DNA of 64,000 nt from a virus (lineage: Duplodnaviria > Caudoviricetes), in the IMG/VR virus record IMGVR_UViG_3300037565_000048, positions 5,201 through 69,200 of that record. One strand, written 5' to 3'. Below, piece by piece: positions 63,799 through 64,000 of this stretch. The position numbers and the translations under genes were made by a program. The notes beneath the pieces were generated by a model. That model had not been told where the DNA came from. It did not search any database and saw nothing but the letters and a program-made list of their open reading frames with translations. Numbering within the stretch: position 1 is the stretch's first letter; the number at the start of each line of letters is the position of its first letter.

Positions 63799-64000
63799 AT
63801 GGATGCAATACGCGAACAATTGGAGCACGTCGAGAAAGTTTCCAGTTATTACCACCTCAAGGAAACGCAAAAGCTTGATGAACTCTACAAAGAGACGTCA
63901 ATGACCTTAGCTAGACTTGTTTCTCAAGGTCTGAAGAATGAAGAGAACGCAAGCGAGGAACTAGATGATTATATCAACCTTTTGTCGATGGCCTTACCTA
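63799..64000 (+). CDS. hypothetical protein, 3'-truncated by window edge
   Basis: ATG 63799 (MDAIREQLE...) open to the end of the window. Confidence 0.6.
   Translation, partial: MDAIREQLEHVEKVSSYYHLKETQKLDELYKETSMTLARLVSQGLKNEENASEELDDYINLLSMALP

Noticed and set aside
1-64000. Stop-codon reassignment as in some crAss-like phages
   Set aside because: Long genes are intact under the standard code, TAG and TGA are used as real stops, and no suppressor tRNA is seen.
1-64000. Temperate lifestyle module (integrase/repressor switch)
   Set aside because: No integrase or att-like context seen; one HTH gene alone is insufficient. It could lie outside the window.

Overview
The window is a large part of a dsDNA tailed-phage genome; no cellular housekeeping operons are present. 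Its head-tail module has crAss-like (Crassvirales/Pachyviridae-type) gene order: TerL, portal, scaffold, major capsid protein, gene-75/74-like proteins, ring proteins, tail stabilisation protein, ejection proteins and a 3095-aa internal protein. The host is probably Bacteroidota, based on TAnnTTTG promoters and a T9SS-like cargo gene. Layout: (i) short + strand genes at 1-1.8 kb end at a bidirectional terminator; (ii) a - strand block at 1.85-50.4 kb holds a DUF1566 lectin-fold protein, recombination/replication genes (Rad52-like, SSB, RuvC, YqaJ exonuclease, DnaB, initiator), a lysis cassette, structural genes, two GroES-type genes, RNase H and a cupin; (iii) a + strand accessory block at 50.5-62.1 kb holds 2 tRNAs, two Tad2/DUF2829 sponge fusions, a two-frame C5 methyltransferase, an MmcB-like nuclease, a DEDDh exonuclease, YopX, an amino-MTase and a patatin; (iv) a ~0.9-kb non-coding skewed/GC-rich region is followed by a canonical Bacteroidota promoter and small early-type genes separated by repeated GC hairpins. 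The standard genetic code fits, and no RNA polymerase, DNA polymerase, integrase, reverse transcriptase or CRISPR array is seen. The main leads are: strong CCGG and CTCAAG/CTTGAG over-representation with CCGG absent from the putative early region; the nested alpha/beta methyltransferase; tandem GNAT domains plus a pseudokinase in the giant virion protein; tandem anti-defence sponge fusions; and a structured non-coding island at 42.4-42.9 kb. All annotations come from motif recognition by eye; no database searches were run.
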